In this document: positions 9,505 to 18,142 of the stretch, in pieces
Layout: each line of letters starts with the position of its first letter
Position numbering within the stretch: position 1 is the first letter of the stretch
Notes under the pieces: generated by a model
Seen by the model: the letters and a program-made list of their open reading frames with translations, nothing else
The model's database searches: none
What the model was told of the DNA's origin: nothing
Origin: a virus
Taxonomy: Duplodnaviria > Caudoviricetes
Length of the DNA: 39,840 nt
Virus record (IMG/VR): IMGVR_UViG_3300042997_001509
Location: 1 to 39,840 of that record
Reading direction: 5' to 3' (one strand)
Made by a program: the position numbers and the translations under genes

Positions 9505-11165
9505 TGAAGATTCAAGAATTCTCTTTTAGAAATATTTGTTCATACGGTAATAAACTTCAGACGTTTAAGTTTACTGATGAACCTAGGCTTGTGCTTGTTC
9601 AGGGTAAAAATGGATCAGGTAAATCTTCCATTTCAGACGCCCTAACTGTTTCAATATATGGTAAATCCGCAATTCGTAAAACAAAGGAGATTCCTAATCG
9701 TATTAATAAGAATGCCTACACTCATATTAAATTCATAACTGAAGGCGGCAAGCAAATTGAAATAGAAAGAGGCATTGAGCCTAACTTCTCAAGATTATTA
9801 ATCGGAGGAGCTGATTATAATTTACCAGATAAAAGAAGAGTTGATGAGTTTATTGAAGATGAACTTACTAAAATACCTTTTAACGTATTCTCAAATACAA
9901 TTAGCTTATCAGTAAATGATTTTAAGAGTTTTGTTAAACTCAGCCCAGCTGACAAGCGCCAAATTATCGATAAGATCTTTGGCCTTGATATCGTTAATGA
10001 AATGTCAAAGGTTGCTAAAGAGGAAAGCAAGCAAATTAAAGGCGAAATGCTACCAGTAGAGTCTTCAATTAGCAGTAATAATAGACTGCTTGAATCTTCA
10101 ATCTCTCAACTAGAAGCTTTAAAGTCTGAAATTAAAACCAGTAATGACGCAAAGATTTCAGAACTTAATACGCAGCTTGATAAATTAACAGAAGATAAAA
10201 AATTAGCTCATGCTGAAGCAAGTAGTTTTTCTGGTAAAATTTCGGAAATTAGACAAAGTATTCGTACTGAGCAGGAAAAGTTAAGCACGGTTAGAGCCAA
10301 TATTTCAGAAATTCAAAAGAAACTTGACATTTACAGTAAAAACAAGTGTCCACATTGTCTATCTGACTTAACTGATGAAGTTCATTCCCAAATTAAGGAT
10401 AAACTTATTGTAAAGAAGACCGACCAGGAATCAATATTTCCTCAAATCAAAGACCTAATTCAAGTCCAAGAAAAAAGTTTATCTGCAATTGAAACTGAGT
10501 CAAGCGAAGCAAAGAGCAAGTACTATCAAGTAGACGCTCAAATCACAGCGGTTAAGAGAGAAATCTCTGATCTATCTAAACAAGGAAATCGAACTTCCGA
10601 TAAACACCTAGTTGAAGTGATTCAAAATATCAAGACTGAAATCCAAACTGGCCAAACGTCTTTAGGTAAGTGTCAAGAAAAGCTTAAAGTTTCACAAGAA
10701 ATGGAAATGATCCTATCTGATAATGGCATGAAAAAGATGTTAATGAGTCAAATCATTCCACTATTGAATAAAAAGATACTTAAGACTGCTAAAGTCTTAG
10801 AGTTTAAATTTGCATTTGAATTTGATTTAGAATTTAATCCAATTATTACTCATTTAGGCATGCAGGTCTCGCCAGACTCTCTTTCCGCTGGAGAACAGAA
10901 GAAAATGAACTTAATTGTACTGCTGTGTATTCTTGAGCTTATTAAACTAAAACACAATAAAGTCAACTTATTGTTCCTAGATGAAGTATTTTCATCACTA
11001 GACGTTGACTCAATCTTTAGAGTAGTTGATCTACTTAAAGCTTTTTCAAAGAAGTATAATATGACGGTGTTTGTAATCTCGCATGACCCTTTACCGGAAG
11101 AGTATTTTGATACTAAGATCCAAGTTGAAAATACCGATCATTTTTCAGATTTAACCATTGTATAG
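9504..11165 (+). CDS. Rad50/SbcC-like ATPase (T4 gp46-like)
   Basis: Walker A GKNGSGKS, coiled coil with CPHC zinc hook, LSAGE signature, LDEVFSSLD, ISH. Confidence 0.94.
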   Translation: MKIQEFSFRNICSYGNKLQTFKFTDEPRLVLVQGKNGSGKSSISDALTVSIYGKSAIRKTKEIPNRINKNAYTHIKFITEGGKQIEIERGIEPNFSRLLIGGADYNLPDKRRVDEFIEDELTKIPFNVFSNTISLSVNDFKSFVKLSPADKRQIIDKIFGLDIVNEMSKVAKEESKQIKGEMLPVESSISSNNRLLESSISQLEALKSEIKTSNDAKISELNTQLDKLTEDKKLAHAEASSFSGKISEIRQSIRTEQEKLSTVRANISEIQKKLDIYSKNKCPHCLSDLTDEVHSQIKDKLIVKKTDQESIFPQIKDLIQVQEKSLSAIETESSEAKSKYYQVDAQITAVKREISDLSKQGNRTSDKHLVEVIQNIKTEIQTGQTSLGKCQEKLKVSQEMEMILSDNGMKKMLMSQIIPLLNKKILKTAKVLEFKFAFEFDLEFNPIITHLGMQVSPDSLSAGEQKKMNLIVLLCILELIKLKHNKVNLLFLDEVFSSLDVDSIFRVVDLLKAFSKKYNMTVFVISHDPLPEEYFDTKIQVENTDHFSDLTIV

Positions 11166-11167
11166 CT

Positions 11168-11197
11168 AACCTTTTTGTAATTTCTTAGTATAGTACT
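11168..11197 (+). promoter_or_regulatory. Bipartite motif AACCTT-N14-GTATAGTACT
   Basis: Upstream of the TS-like gene; conserved spacing. Confidence 0.5.
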
Positions 11198-11218
11198 CTA
11201 TTAAGATTAACTAAACTT

Positions 11219-12115
11219 ATGATTACATTCCAAGGTCGTACATTCGCAGATTCATATAAAGCATCATTAGCCTACTTGTGGTCAGATGGAATCACCAATC
11301 ATGCTAGAGGAACCACCAGTAAAGAACTACTGGATGTTGCTTTACAGATTGAGGATCCAACCCAGTGCCTATATTCAAACGATGCACGAGGTTCTCAATT
11401 AAAGTATATTGCCGCAGAGTTCCTATGGTATTACATGGGTCGAAATGATGTAGACTTCATTGCAAAATGGGCAAAGTTCTGGGAAACTATTCAAAACTCA
11501 GACGGTACTGTCAATTCGGCTTACGGTAATTTAATCTTTAAGGAACAGAATCAATATGACTTAACTCAATACCAATGGGCAATTCAGAGTCTTATGAATG
11601 ATTCTAATACTCGCCAAGCAGTATTGCACTTTAATAAACCATCTCATCAATACTTTTCTAATAAGGATTTTGTATGTACCATGTACGCAAATCTACATAT
11701 TCGAAATAACAAGTTGTACATGAGCGTATTTATGAGAAGTAACGATGCAGTTTGGGGAACTCCAACCGATGTAGCGTTTTTCTGTTCGTTACAGATGCAA
11801 ATTCATTCTCACCTAAAACAATTTTATCCAGAATTGGAATTAGGTTCATACACTCATATTGCAAATTCTTACCATGTCTACGATAGGCATTATGATCTTG
11901 CTCAAAGAATGATGAACTCTGAATTTGAACCAATTAGCCTACCTCCAATAGTTTCTGATCTAATTGAAATTGATGGAACGCCATCTGATGACTTTAAAAT
12001 ATTGTTTGACTCAATTAATACAGAATCAGAGGATATATTATTATTTCAAGACGGCGATGACCTGTTAAAATGGATTTTTTCTAAAACGTATAAAAGTAAA
12101 ACAGATGTCAATTAG
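11219..12115 (+). CDS. Thymidylate-synthase-fold enzyme of the dCMP hydroxymethylase (T4 gp42) type
   Basis: YIAAEFLWY, VNSAYG, TRQA, catalytic DFVCT, MRSNDAVWGTPTD (Asp where ThyA has Asn177), HVYDRH. Confidence 0.85.
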   Translation: MITFQGRTFADSYKASLAYLWSDGITNHARGTTSKELLDVALQIEDPTQCLYSNDARGSQLKYIAAEFLWYYMGRNDVDFIAKWAKFWETIQNSDGTVNSAYGNLIFKEQNQYDLTQYQWAIQSLMNDSNTRQAVLHFNKPSHQYFSNKDFVCTMYANLHIRNNKLYMSVFMRSNDAVWGTPTDVAFFCSLQMQIHSHLKQFYPELELGSYTHIANSYHVYDRHYDLAQRMMNSEFEPISLPPIVSDLIEIDGTPSDDFKILFDSINTESEDILLFQDGDDLLKWIFSKTYKSKTDVN

Positions 12116-12578
12116 TAGCTTATCTACACAACGTCAACATAAAGTTGATGTAACCTATATTAAAATGGCTCAAACTTGGGCCGAACTATCTCATGCAACC
12201 CGAAAAAAGGTTGGAGCCTTAATTGTAAAAAATAATACGATTATTGCAGATGGTTATAATGGCACTCCTTCAGGTTTTGAAAATGAATGTGAAGAAGCTA
12301 TAAATAACGAAGACGGTTCGTTTAAAGAATATAAAACCAAGTGGTATGTCTTACATGCTGAATCTAATGCTTTAGCAAAAGTTGCCAAATCAACTCAAAG
12401 TTGTGATGGAGCAACTCTATATATAACTTATTCACCGTGCACTGAATGTAGCAAACTTATTTTGCAATCAGGCATAAAGAAAGTTGTGTATTTGGAAGAA
12501 TACCGAGATATTGCAGGTTTAGACTTTTTAAGACGCGCTGGAATTGAGATAAAAAAAGTCAGCTTAGATAACCTATGA
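12105..12578 (+). CDS. dCMP deaminase
   Basis: KVGALIV, GYNGTPSG, HAESNA, SPCTEC. Confidence 0.95.
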   Translation: MSISSLSTQRQHKVDVTYIKMAQTWAELSHATRKKVGALIVKNNTIIADGYNGTPSGFENECEEAINNEDGSFKEYKTKWYVLHAESNALAKVAKSTQSCDGATLYITYSPCTECSKLILQSGIKKVVYLEEYRDIAGLDFLRRAGIEIKKVSLDNL

Positions 12579-12976
12579 TAGACGCAATTGATCGAAGACT
12601 AGAAATAGTATTCGTACGAGACCAAAAACAATTCATTCAAACCTTTAATAAGAAGCAGAAATGCGACTACTTATTAAATGTTAATAAAATAGTAAAGGAG
12701 AAATTTGATCAAGAAATTCTTGTCCCAAATAAGATCCAAGCCTTTCTTATTAATTATGAAATCAAAAAACTAATTGATAAGGCAATCAATGTTAGAAATC
12801 GCAAATACAATAGAATCATTTATGTTAATTCTGGAATTAGTGCAAGTAGTATAAACAATGCAATTAAATTCCTAAATTCAGCGTATGAAACAATTGAATT
12901 TGTTCCCCAATTAATAGATTCAGATTTTGATATTGGAGAGCTTACTGGAGTTGAAACACTAAAAAAGGGGCATTAA
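12575..12976 (+). CDS. Hypothetical protein
   Basis: 133-aa ORF with ATGA overlap to the deaminase. Confidence 0.7.
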   Translation: MIDAIDRRLEIVFVRDQKQFIQTFNKKQKCDYLLNVNKIVKEKFDQEILVPNKIQAFLINYEIKKLIDKAINVRNRKYNRIIYVNSGISASSINNAIKFLNSAYETIEFVPQLIDSDFDIGELTGVETLKKGH

Positions 12977-12988
12977 GCCCCTTTGTTG
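12961..12988. terminator. Bidirectional intrinsic terminator
   Basis: AAAGGGGC-ATTAA-GCCCCTTT hairpin with A/T flanks between convergent gene blocks. Confidence 0.8.
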
Positions 12989-13004
12989 TATTTCTTAGTT
13001 AAGT

Positions 13005-13301
13005 TTAGATCTTTTCTACCTTACCTGATAAAGTTTGAATACTTTCTGGAGTTCCAGATGCATCTGATATCAGTATTGCAGATTCTCCATTTGGATTAGG
13101 ATTAAAGGTCATCATTGAACCTGGTTTAATAGTAGAGCTAGTTGAGCTTTCAACTTTAACAGTTGTAGCTGTATCTGTCTCAGAGTCAATTTTACCAGAA
13201 ACTTCAAATTCTCCACTATCCGTGGTAATTTTTAGCTTATAGTTACTTTCGACTGGAGTAGATTCCTCTTCTATCCATTGTTCAAATAACTTAATGAACA
13301 T
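13005..13301 (-). CDS. Hypothetical late protein (putative internal head protein)
   Basis: N-terminus MFIKLFEQWIEE resembles a capsid-targeting motif. Confidence 0.65.
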   Translation of the reverse strand: MFIKLFEQWIEEESTPVESNYKLKITTDSGEFEVSGKIDSETDTATTVKVESSTSSTIKPGSMMTFNPNPNGESAILISDASGTPESIQTLSGKVEKI

Positions 13302-13304
13302 CGA

Positions 13305-13967
13305 TTATTCTTCGTCTTTTACTTCGTTAGAATCGTCGTCAGAACCGTCTTCTTCACCTTCTTCAGCTTCTTCTTCAGCTTCTTCATTACAAAGCTTCTT
13401 AACTGCTGCGCATAATAGGTCGCAAATTTGGTCTTTTTCCATTTCCATCTTTTCAGCGATATCAGCGATCATCTCTTCTAGATCTTCGCCGAATTCAGCC
13501 ATTAGATTTTCTAATTGTTCTGGATCAACTTCTGCTTCGTCTGCCATTTTTGGAGATTCTGCTGGATTTTCTTCCAGGTCTTGAATTTCGTCTTCAGCTT
13601 CAGCAAACATGTTAAAGCCGTCGTTTTCGTTAACGAATTGTTCGAAGCGTAGGATCTTTCCTTCTTCTACTGCGTTAACTGTTGCAATTGTTGGTTTTGC
13701 GTACATTGGGTCAAATGGTTTTTTATTTGCACGTCTTGAGATAAGGTCTCTTGTAATAGCCTTCCAAGTTGTGTCGTAGTTATGATTGAATTTTCCACCT
13801 TCGAAATCGGCATTTCTGTCGATTACTCTTTGGTAGCCTTCAAGTTTGTTGTGTTTTATTTTATCAAAATCGGCCTTTTCGTTAGGACCTCCAAATGCAG
13901 GTTTCTTAATGTCAGTGTATCTGTCCATTGAAGGATTATCTCTGCGTTTTACGTTAAACATGTCCAT
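13305..13967 (-). CDS. Hypothetical late protein, basic N-half and very acidic C-half
   Basis: Internal KILRFEQFVNE motif separates the halves. Confidence 0.75.
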   Translation of the reverse strand: MDMFNVKRRDNPSMDRYTDIKKPAFGGPNEKADFDKIKHNKLEGYQRVIDRNADFEGGKFNHNYDTTWKAITRDLISRRANKKPFDPMYAKPTIATVNAVEEGKILRFEQFVNENDGFNMFAEAEDEIQDLEENPAESPKMADEAEVDPEQLENLMAEFGEDLEEMIADIAEKMEMEKDQICDLLCAAVKKLCNEEAEEEAEEGEEDGSDDDSNEVKDEE

Positions 13968-13989
13968 AGTACTGTTTTGTTAGCTATTT

Positions 13990-14577
13990 TTATTGACCGA
14001 TTCTTGATTCTTTATAAGTATCTGCTGTGAATTGAGCAGTTAGCTTATAGATCTGATTATCTTGAGTATAGTCAAGAACAGTTTCAGTCATTTTGTTAGG
14101 GCCAATAAATACTGGCGAGAATACAAAGTCTCGGTAGATAACACCAGCTCTGTTGAACTGAGTTACTTGAATACTTGCATTAGCGTAATCAGCTTTAAGA
14201 CCTTGGCTACCAGTTAATGGGTTATAGATTAGATCTGCCCATGCTCTAAGAGCATTATAAATGTACATATCATTACCGTTATTCAAATTGACTTCAAAAT
14301 CAATCGTGAATTGGTGATATGTTTGTGCCGGCTTAGCTGGCGCGTATGTTCTTTGAGAGAATTTATAGTTCTGAGTAACAACTGCTGTACCTGAACCCGC
14401 GAATTCCGGTAACATTGATACTTTAAGAACGTGCTCAAGCATCAAATTGTTTCCAAAACCGATTTTACCAGCAACTGCTGGTGGAGGAGTAATGATAACC
14501 TCGAACTGGTTAAGGTATAACGGTTCGTATTTACCAGGACCTGCTGTTGAATTTTTAAAATGTGGTAGACCTGCCAT
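13990..14577 (-). CDS. Tail tube protein (gp19-like)
   Basis: EPLYLNQFEV, LRAWADLIYNPLTG..GLKADY, QFNRAG, LDYT, FTAD; size typical. Confidence 0.85.
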   Translation of the reverse strand: MAGLPHFKNSTAGPGKYEPLYLNQFEVIITPPPAVAGKIGFGNNLMLEHVLKVSMLPEFAGSGTAVVTQNYKFSQRTYAPAKPAQTYHQFTIDFEVNLNNGNDMYIYNALRAWADLIYNPLTGSQGLKADYANASIQVTQFNRAGVIYRDFVFSPVFIGPNKMTETVLDYTQDNQIYKLTAQFTADTYKESRIGQ

Positions 14578-14595
14578 CTTGTCTCTTATTTTTTA

Positions 14596-14605
14596 GTTAT
14601 TTATT
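14596..14605 (-). promoter_or_regulatory. Late-promoter-like AATAAATAAC overlapping upstream stop codon
   Basis: 18 nt before the tail tube ATG; read as N-K-stop in the upstream gene. Confidence 0.6.
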
Positions 14606-15622
14606 CGCACCCGTTGCCACTTGTTTACCAGGCTTTGTCTCTGACTCAGCCGGTTCACGAGTATCAATCTCTTTTTGTATTTGCTTTTGTAGTGCTTGAA
14701 TCTCAGAAGTTGTTTTACTTCCAAGAGTAATGTTAGTTGCTTTAATAACGTCAGCTATATCGAATTCAGGCTTTTCTTTAGAATAGACTGAGTTTACCTC
14801 TGGTGTAAAACTTAACTCGACTGACGGTAGTATTTGAGCAAGAAGGTTTCCACCAAACGTGAATTCTTTCTCATCAAACTCTGGAAATTCCATCTTAATT
14901 GTTTTACCAAAGGCTCCATGAATCTTTACTTCTGCCCAAATCTTTGGCTTATTATCAATTGTTTCTTCAAATATCACCTTACTTAGGTTATTTGAAACTT
15001 TGTATAAAAACTTAACGCCGGCAGAATAGGCTCCTCTTTCTTGTTGACCTTCTAAAAATCTAAGCTTATCTCCGTAAACTGTTACTGTATATGCCGATTT
15101 AGCACTAGCTTCAGGTTTTGGAGTTTCTTTAGTATCATCAGGCTTCACCTCAGGTTCCTCATTATCTTCTGGCTTATTATCTATTGTCGCAGGTAATCCG
15201 GGCTTTTCTACTTTAACCAGATCACCTCCTGGAGTTCCTGTACCTAATTGTTTAGCTTGCTCAGGACCTGGTCCTAACTGTTTAGCTTGGTCAGGACCCT
15301 GTCCCAATTGTTTAACTTGGTCAGTACCCGCCGGTAGGGCTAAGGCTTCATTAGTTTCTTTACTAGATTCACTTGAAAGCTTTGCATCAATTATCTCATT
15401 GATTGCATTGATTAAGCCATTTAGAAGAGCTCCTGATGTGTATTTAGTATATAACGGAGCTCCAAATGCTGAAGTATATTGTAAATCAGGATACACGTCA
15501 GTTTGGTGAATCTCAATTCCCTGCTTGTTCTGATTCCACATAGACTGTTGTCCATTTCCTGGATTATCCCAAGTTATCTTGAAACTGATTATTGACTCTG
15601 CTATAACTCCTTGTGCGTTCAA
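14597..15622 (-). CDS. Hypothetical late protein with 10-aa repeat linker
   Basis: 341-aa ORF; start codon uncertain; contains DQVKQLGQGP-DQAKQLGPGP-EQAKQLGTGT. Confidence 0.75.
   Translation of the reverse strand: MNAQGVIAESIISFKITWDNPGNGQQSMWNQNKQGIEIHQTDVYPDLQYTSAFGAPLYTKYTSGALLNGLINAINEIIDAKLSSESSKETNEALALPAGTDQVKQLGQGPDQAKQLGPGPEQAKQLGTGTPGGDLVKVEKPGLPATIDNKPEDNEEPEVKPDDTKETPKPEASAKSAYTVTVYGDKLRFLEGQQERGAYSAGVKFLYKVSNNLSKVIFEETIDNKPKIWAEVKIHGAFGKTIKMEFPEFDEKEFTFGGNLLAQILPSVELSFTPEVNSVYSKEKPEFDIADVIKATNITLGSKTTSEIQALQKQIQKEIDTREPAESETKPGKQVATGANK
15236..15325 (-). repeat. Three imperfect 30-bp tandem repeats (coding); ends approximate
   Basis: Visible in DNA (..ttgtttagcttg.tcaggacc..gtcc) and in protein. 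Confidence 0.8.
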
Positions 15623-15626
15623 TTAA

Positions 15627-15932
15627 TTAACCTAATTCTTTTTCGCCTTGGAATTCTTTTCCACGGTTAGATTTTTTCTTGGTTGGATCTACTGGTTTAT
15701 AGTTAGCCCAAATTTCGTTGTATATACGACATGATGCTCCCATGAAATTAACGATTCCAACGTATTTCTTACGGTCTTCACCTTTCATACGTGAAATCTT
15801 CTTACCGATGCTTCTAGCATCGTCTAAGTCTAATTCCTCGTCATCTGCTTTTCCAACTAAATCCTTTATTGAATTTTCCTGAATCACAAAATTACGAAAG
15901 GAGTCAATCCTATGTTTATTTTGATTTGCCAT
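15627..15932 (-). CDS. Hypothetical late protein
   Basis: 101 aa; N-terminal IDSFRNFVIQE motif. Confidence 0.75.
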   Translation of the reverse strand: MANQNKHRIDSFRNFVIQENSIKDLVGKADDEELDLDDARSIGKKISRMKGEDRKKYVGIVNFMGASCRIYNEIWANYKPVDPTKKKSNRGKEFQGEKELG

Positions 15933-15952
15933 GTTAGCGTGTCGCTTTTTTA

Positions 15953-16318
15953 TTACTTAGGCATTTTAGCCATGTTAGGCTCAACTTTCTTATTGATTGC
16001 TTTACCTGTGATAACTAATTTAGCCATCTTTGGATCAACTGTCTTAGTAGATTTAGAACCTTTGTTTGTAGGTAATTTAGCGGTTTTCTCATCAACTGTC
16101 TTAGTAGAGTTAGAACCTTTACCTTTTGGAAGTTCTGCCATTGCAGGTTTAACTGTTTTAGAAGATGCTGAACCTTTACCTTTTGGAAGTTCTGCCATTT
16201 CAGGTTTAACAGTTTTGCTAGACTTAGAACCTTTACCTTTTGGAAGTTCTGCCATTTCTTGATTAATAGCCTTTTTCTCTAAAAGGAATTCGTTGTAGTT
16301 TAAAACGGTGTTGCTCAT
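15953..16318 (-). CDS. Small Lys-rich repeat protein (putative DNA-binding internal head protein)
   Basis: Propeptide-like VLNYNEFLLE, then 19-aa repeats MAELPKGKGSxSSKTVKP; own late motif upstream. Confidence 0.8.
   Translation of the reverse strand: MSNTVLNYNEFLLEKKAINQEMAELPKGKGSKSSKTVKPEMAELPKGKGSASSKTVKPAMAELPKGKGSNSTKTVDEKTAKLPTNKGSKSTKTVDPKMAKLVITGKAINKKVEPNMAKMPK
15970..16258 (-). repeat. About five 57-bp tandem repeats (three near-identical); ends approximate
   Basis: gaacctttaccttttggaagttctgccatt occurs three times at 57-nt spacing, followed by degenerate copies. Confidence 0.9.
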
Positions 16319-16350
16319 TTTTGCGTATTATTTTGGTATTGTTTTACCTA

Positions 16351-16360
16351 GTTATTTATT
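16351..16360 (-). promoter_or_regulatory. Late-promoter-like AATAAATAAC
   Basis: Just downstream of the capsid terminator and upstream of the Lys-rich gene. Confidence 0.6.
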
Positions 16361-16374
16361 AGTGAATCCTCATT

Positions 16375-16411
16375 AAAAAAGAAAAGGCTCCCTTTTGAGG
16401 AGCCTTTTCTT
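16375..16411 (-). terminator. Intrinsic terminator after major capsid gene
   Basis: On - strand AAGAAAAGGCTCC-TCAAAAG-GGAGCCTTTTCTTTTTT. Confidence 0.85.
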
Positions 16412-16433
16412 ATATGTCTCTGTTTACTTACAA

Positions 16434-18125
16434 TTAGTAAGAAGCAGCAGGACGAACTGAACCAGTCAATACACCTAGACCTGTTACGTTCAAAGTAATG
16501 TATTGAGTTTCTGGGTGCCATCCAGCTTCTGTGATAGCATAACGAGATTTCATACCAATTTTCGGAGAGAAAGTTCCCTCTGCGATTGTTTGAAGAGACT
16601 CAGCCATGATATATGGAAGGAATTTAACACCTGGTTCTTCATCAGCACCTTTACGACCGATATGGATACGATCATCGCTGAATTTCAAGTTAGGATCAAC
16701 GTAGATGGTTAAACCATGTACTTTACCTGCAGGGTATAATTGACCAGCAGCAGATGGAAGATCATTGTTGAATGGAGCGAAAGAGTAACCAGCTACGTCT
16801 GCTAAAGCAGAAGCAACACGACCGTTAGTAACGATGTAAGTACCTGCACCGAAACGACCTCTATGATAAATCAAGTTAGCCATTTCAAGAATTTTAGTTA
16901 CAACACGACGTTGTAGAGTTGAGATGTTCTCAAAACCAGTAGAACCTACAGTTAGGTCTAAAGTAGTGATACCAGCACCTTCTACGCCTGCGATAGCAGT
17001 AGCGTGAGTAGCACCTAAACCAAGAACACGATCAACCAATTTCTTGTTAATTGATTGTGCAAGTTCGTTAACTGCAACGTTTTCTAACATTGACATTACA
17101 TCAAAGTTCCAAACGCGGTTAAGGTCTTGGATTTGCTCAACTGTTGCTGAGATAGCAACTTGGTCGCCTTTTGCCTCGATGAACTTAGTGAACATACGAA
17201 GACCCATTTGACGGAATTTAGAAGTTTCAGCAGTTGCACGAGTCATACCTTCCATTTGATTTCCAGTAGTTCCCATAAAAGGACCATTGAAATCAGTAGT
17301 AGCATAATCAGCATCAGATACTGAAGTAAAACCAGAAATATGGTTTTCTAAAGCAGAAACTAATTCAACTTTGTTATCAGCAATACGGTAAGTTGCTACC
17401 GCAGAACCTGAAACAGCTGTTGCTCCAGCTGGTTGAATATCGCAGTCAGCTACGAATATTTCAGCAAGAGTTTTAGCGTCATCGTTTAAGATAACTTTGA
17501 AGATTGGAGAACCATCAACACGTGATTTACCAACGTATTGTAAGATTAAATCGTCTGAACCATTGTTCACACCATAGTTAGCACCTTCTGTGAAAGGAAG
17601 AGTTGCTACTGTGAATTTAGCACCACCTGATGGGTTTTCTAACAAACCTGTGATTTTAATCAAGAAAGGCTCGTATTGCTTGTCGATGTTACCACCTTGG
17701 TATACGTAATCCAAGTAAGGTAAGAAACCTACTGGAGAATCCATAGGAACTACACCAACTAGGTCGAAACCGATAGTCTTAGCAGCTACTTGGATAGCAA
17801 CTGGTAAAAGGCTTGGGAATTTATCACCAGAACCAGATACAGAAGCACCGTAACCGTTTTTAGCACCAGCTGTGAACGGAGTCATTGAGCTAGTTGGAGA
17901 GCTGATTGCTCCCATTGCACTGATTGAACCTGGTTGTTGTAAGAACAAACCTGGAGCAGATTGTGATTCATTGATTGAACCTGCGTTATCGAAGATAGCA
18001 TGATTGTGAGCGTAGTCAACTAACCAAGGGCGAGCTGTAACGTTTGCACCATAACCTTCTAAAACTGGAGTCCAAGTTTCTCTAATTGAAGCATCGTTCA
18101 ATTTTTTGAAAATTTTTGTTGCCAT
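16434..18125 (-). CDS. Major capsid protein (gp23-like)
   Basis: ETWTPVLE, IGFDLVGVVPMDSPVG, TVEQIQDL, ELAQSINK, RGRFGAGTYIV, IYVDP, FLPYI, TFSPKIGMKSRY. Confidence 0.95.
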   Translation of the reverse strand: MATKIFKKLNDASIRETWTPVLEGYGANVTARPWLVDYAHNHAIFDNAGSINESQSAPGLFLQQPGSISAMGAISSPTSSMTPFTAGAKNGYGASVSGSGDKFPSLLPVAIQVAAKTIGFDLVGVVPMDSPVGFLPYLDYVYQGGNIDKQYEPFLIKITGLLENPSGGAKFTVATLPFTEGANYGVNNGSDDLILQYVGKSRVDGSPIFKVILNDDAKTLAEIFVADCDIQPAGATAVSGSAVATYRIADNKVELVSALENHISGFTSVSDADYATTDFNGPFMGTTGNQMEGMTRATAETSKFRQMGLRMFTKFIEAKGDQVAISATVEQIQDLNRVWNFDVMSMLENVAVNELAQSINKKLVDRVLGLGATHATAIAGVEGAGITTLDLTVGSTGFENISTLQRRVVTKILEMANLIYHRGRFGAGTYIVTNGRVASALADVAGYSFAPFNNDLPSAAGQLYPAGKVHGLTIYVDPNLKFSDDRIHIGRKGADEEPGVKFLPYIMAESLQTIAEGTFSPKIGMKSRYAITEAGWHPETQYITLNVTGLGVLTGSVRPAASY

Positions 18126-18142
18126 TTTTTAAAAATGTTTTT

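Noticed and set aside
11219-12115. Calling the gene thyA
   Set aside because: The specificity residue is Asp, not Asn, and the motifs match the gp42 type.
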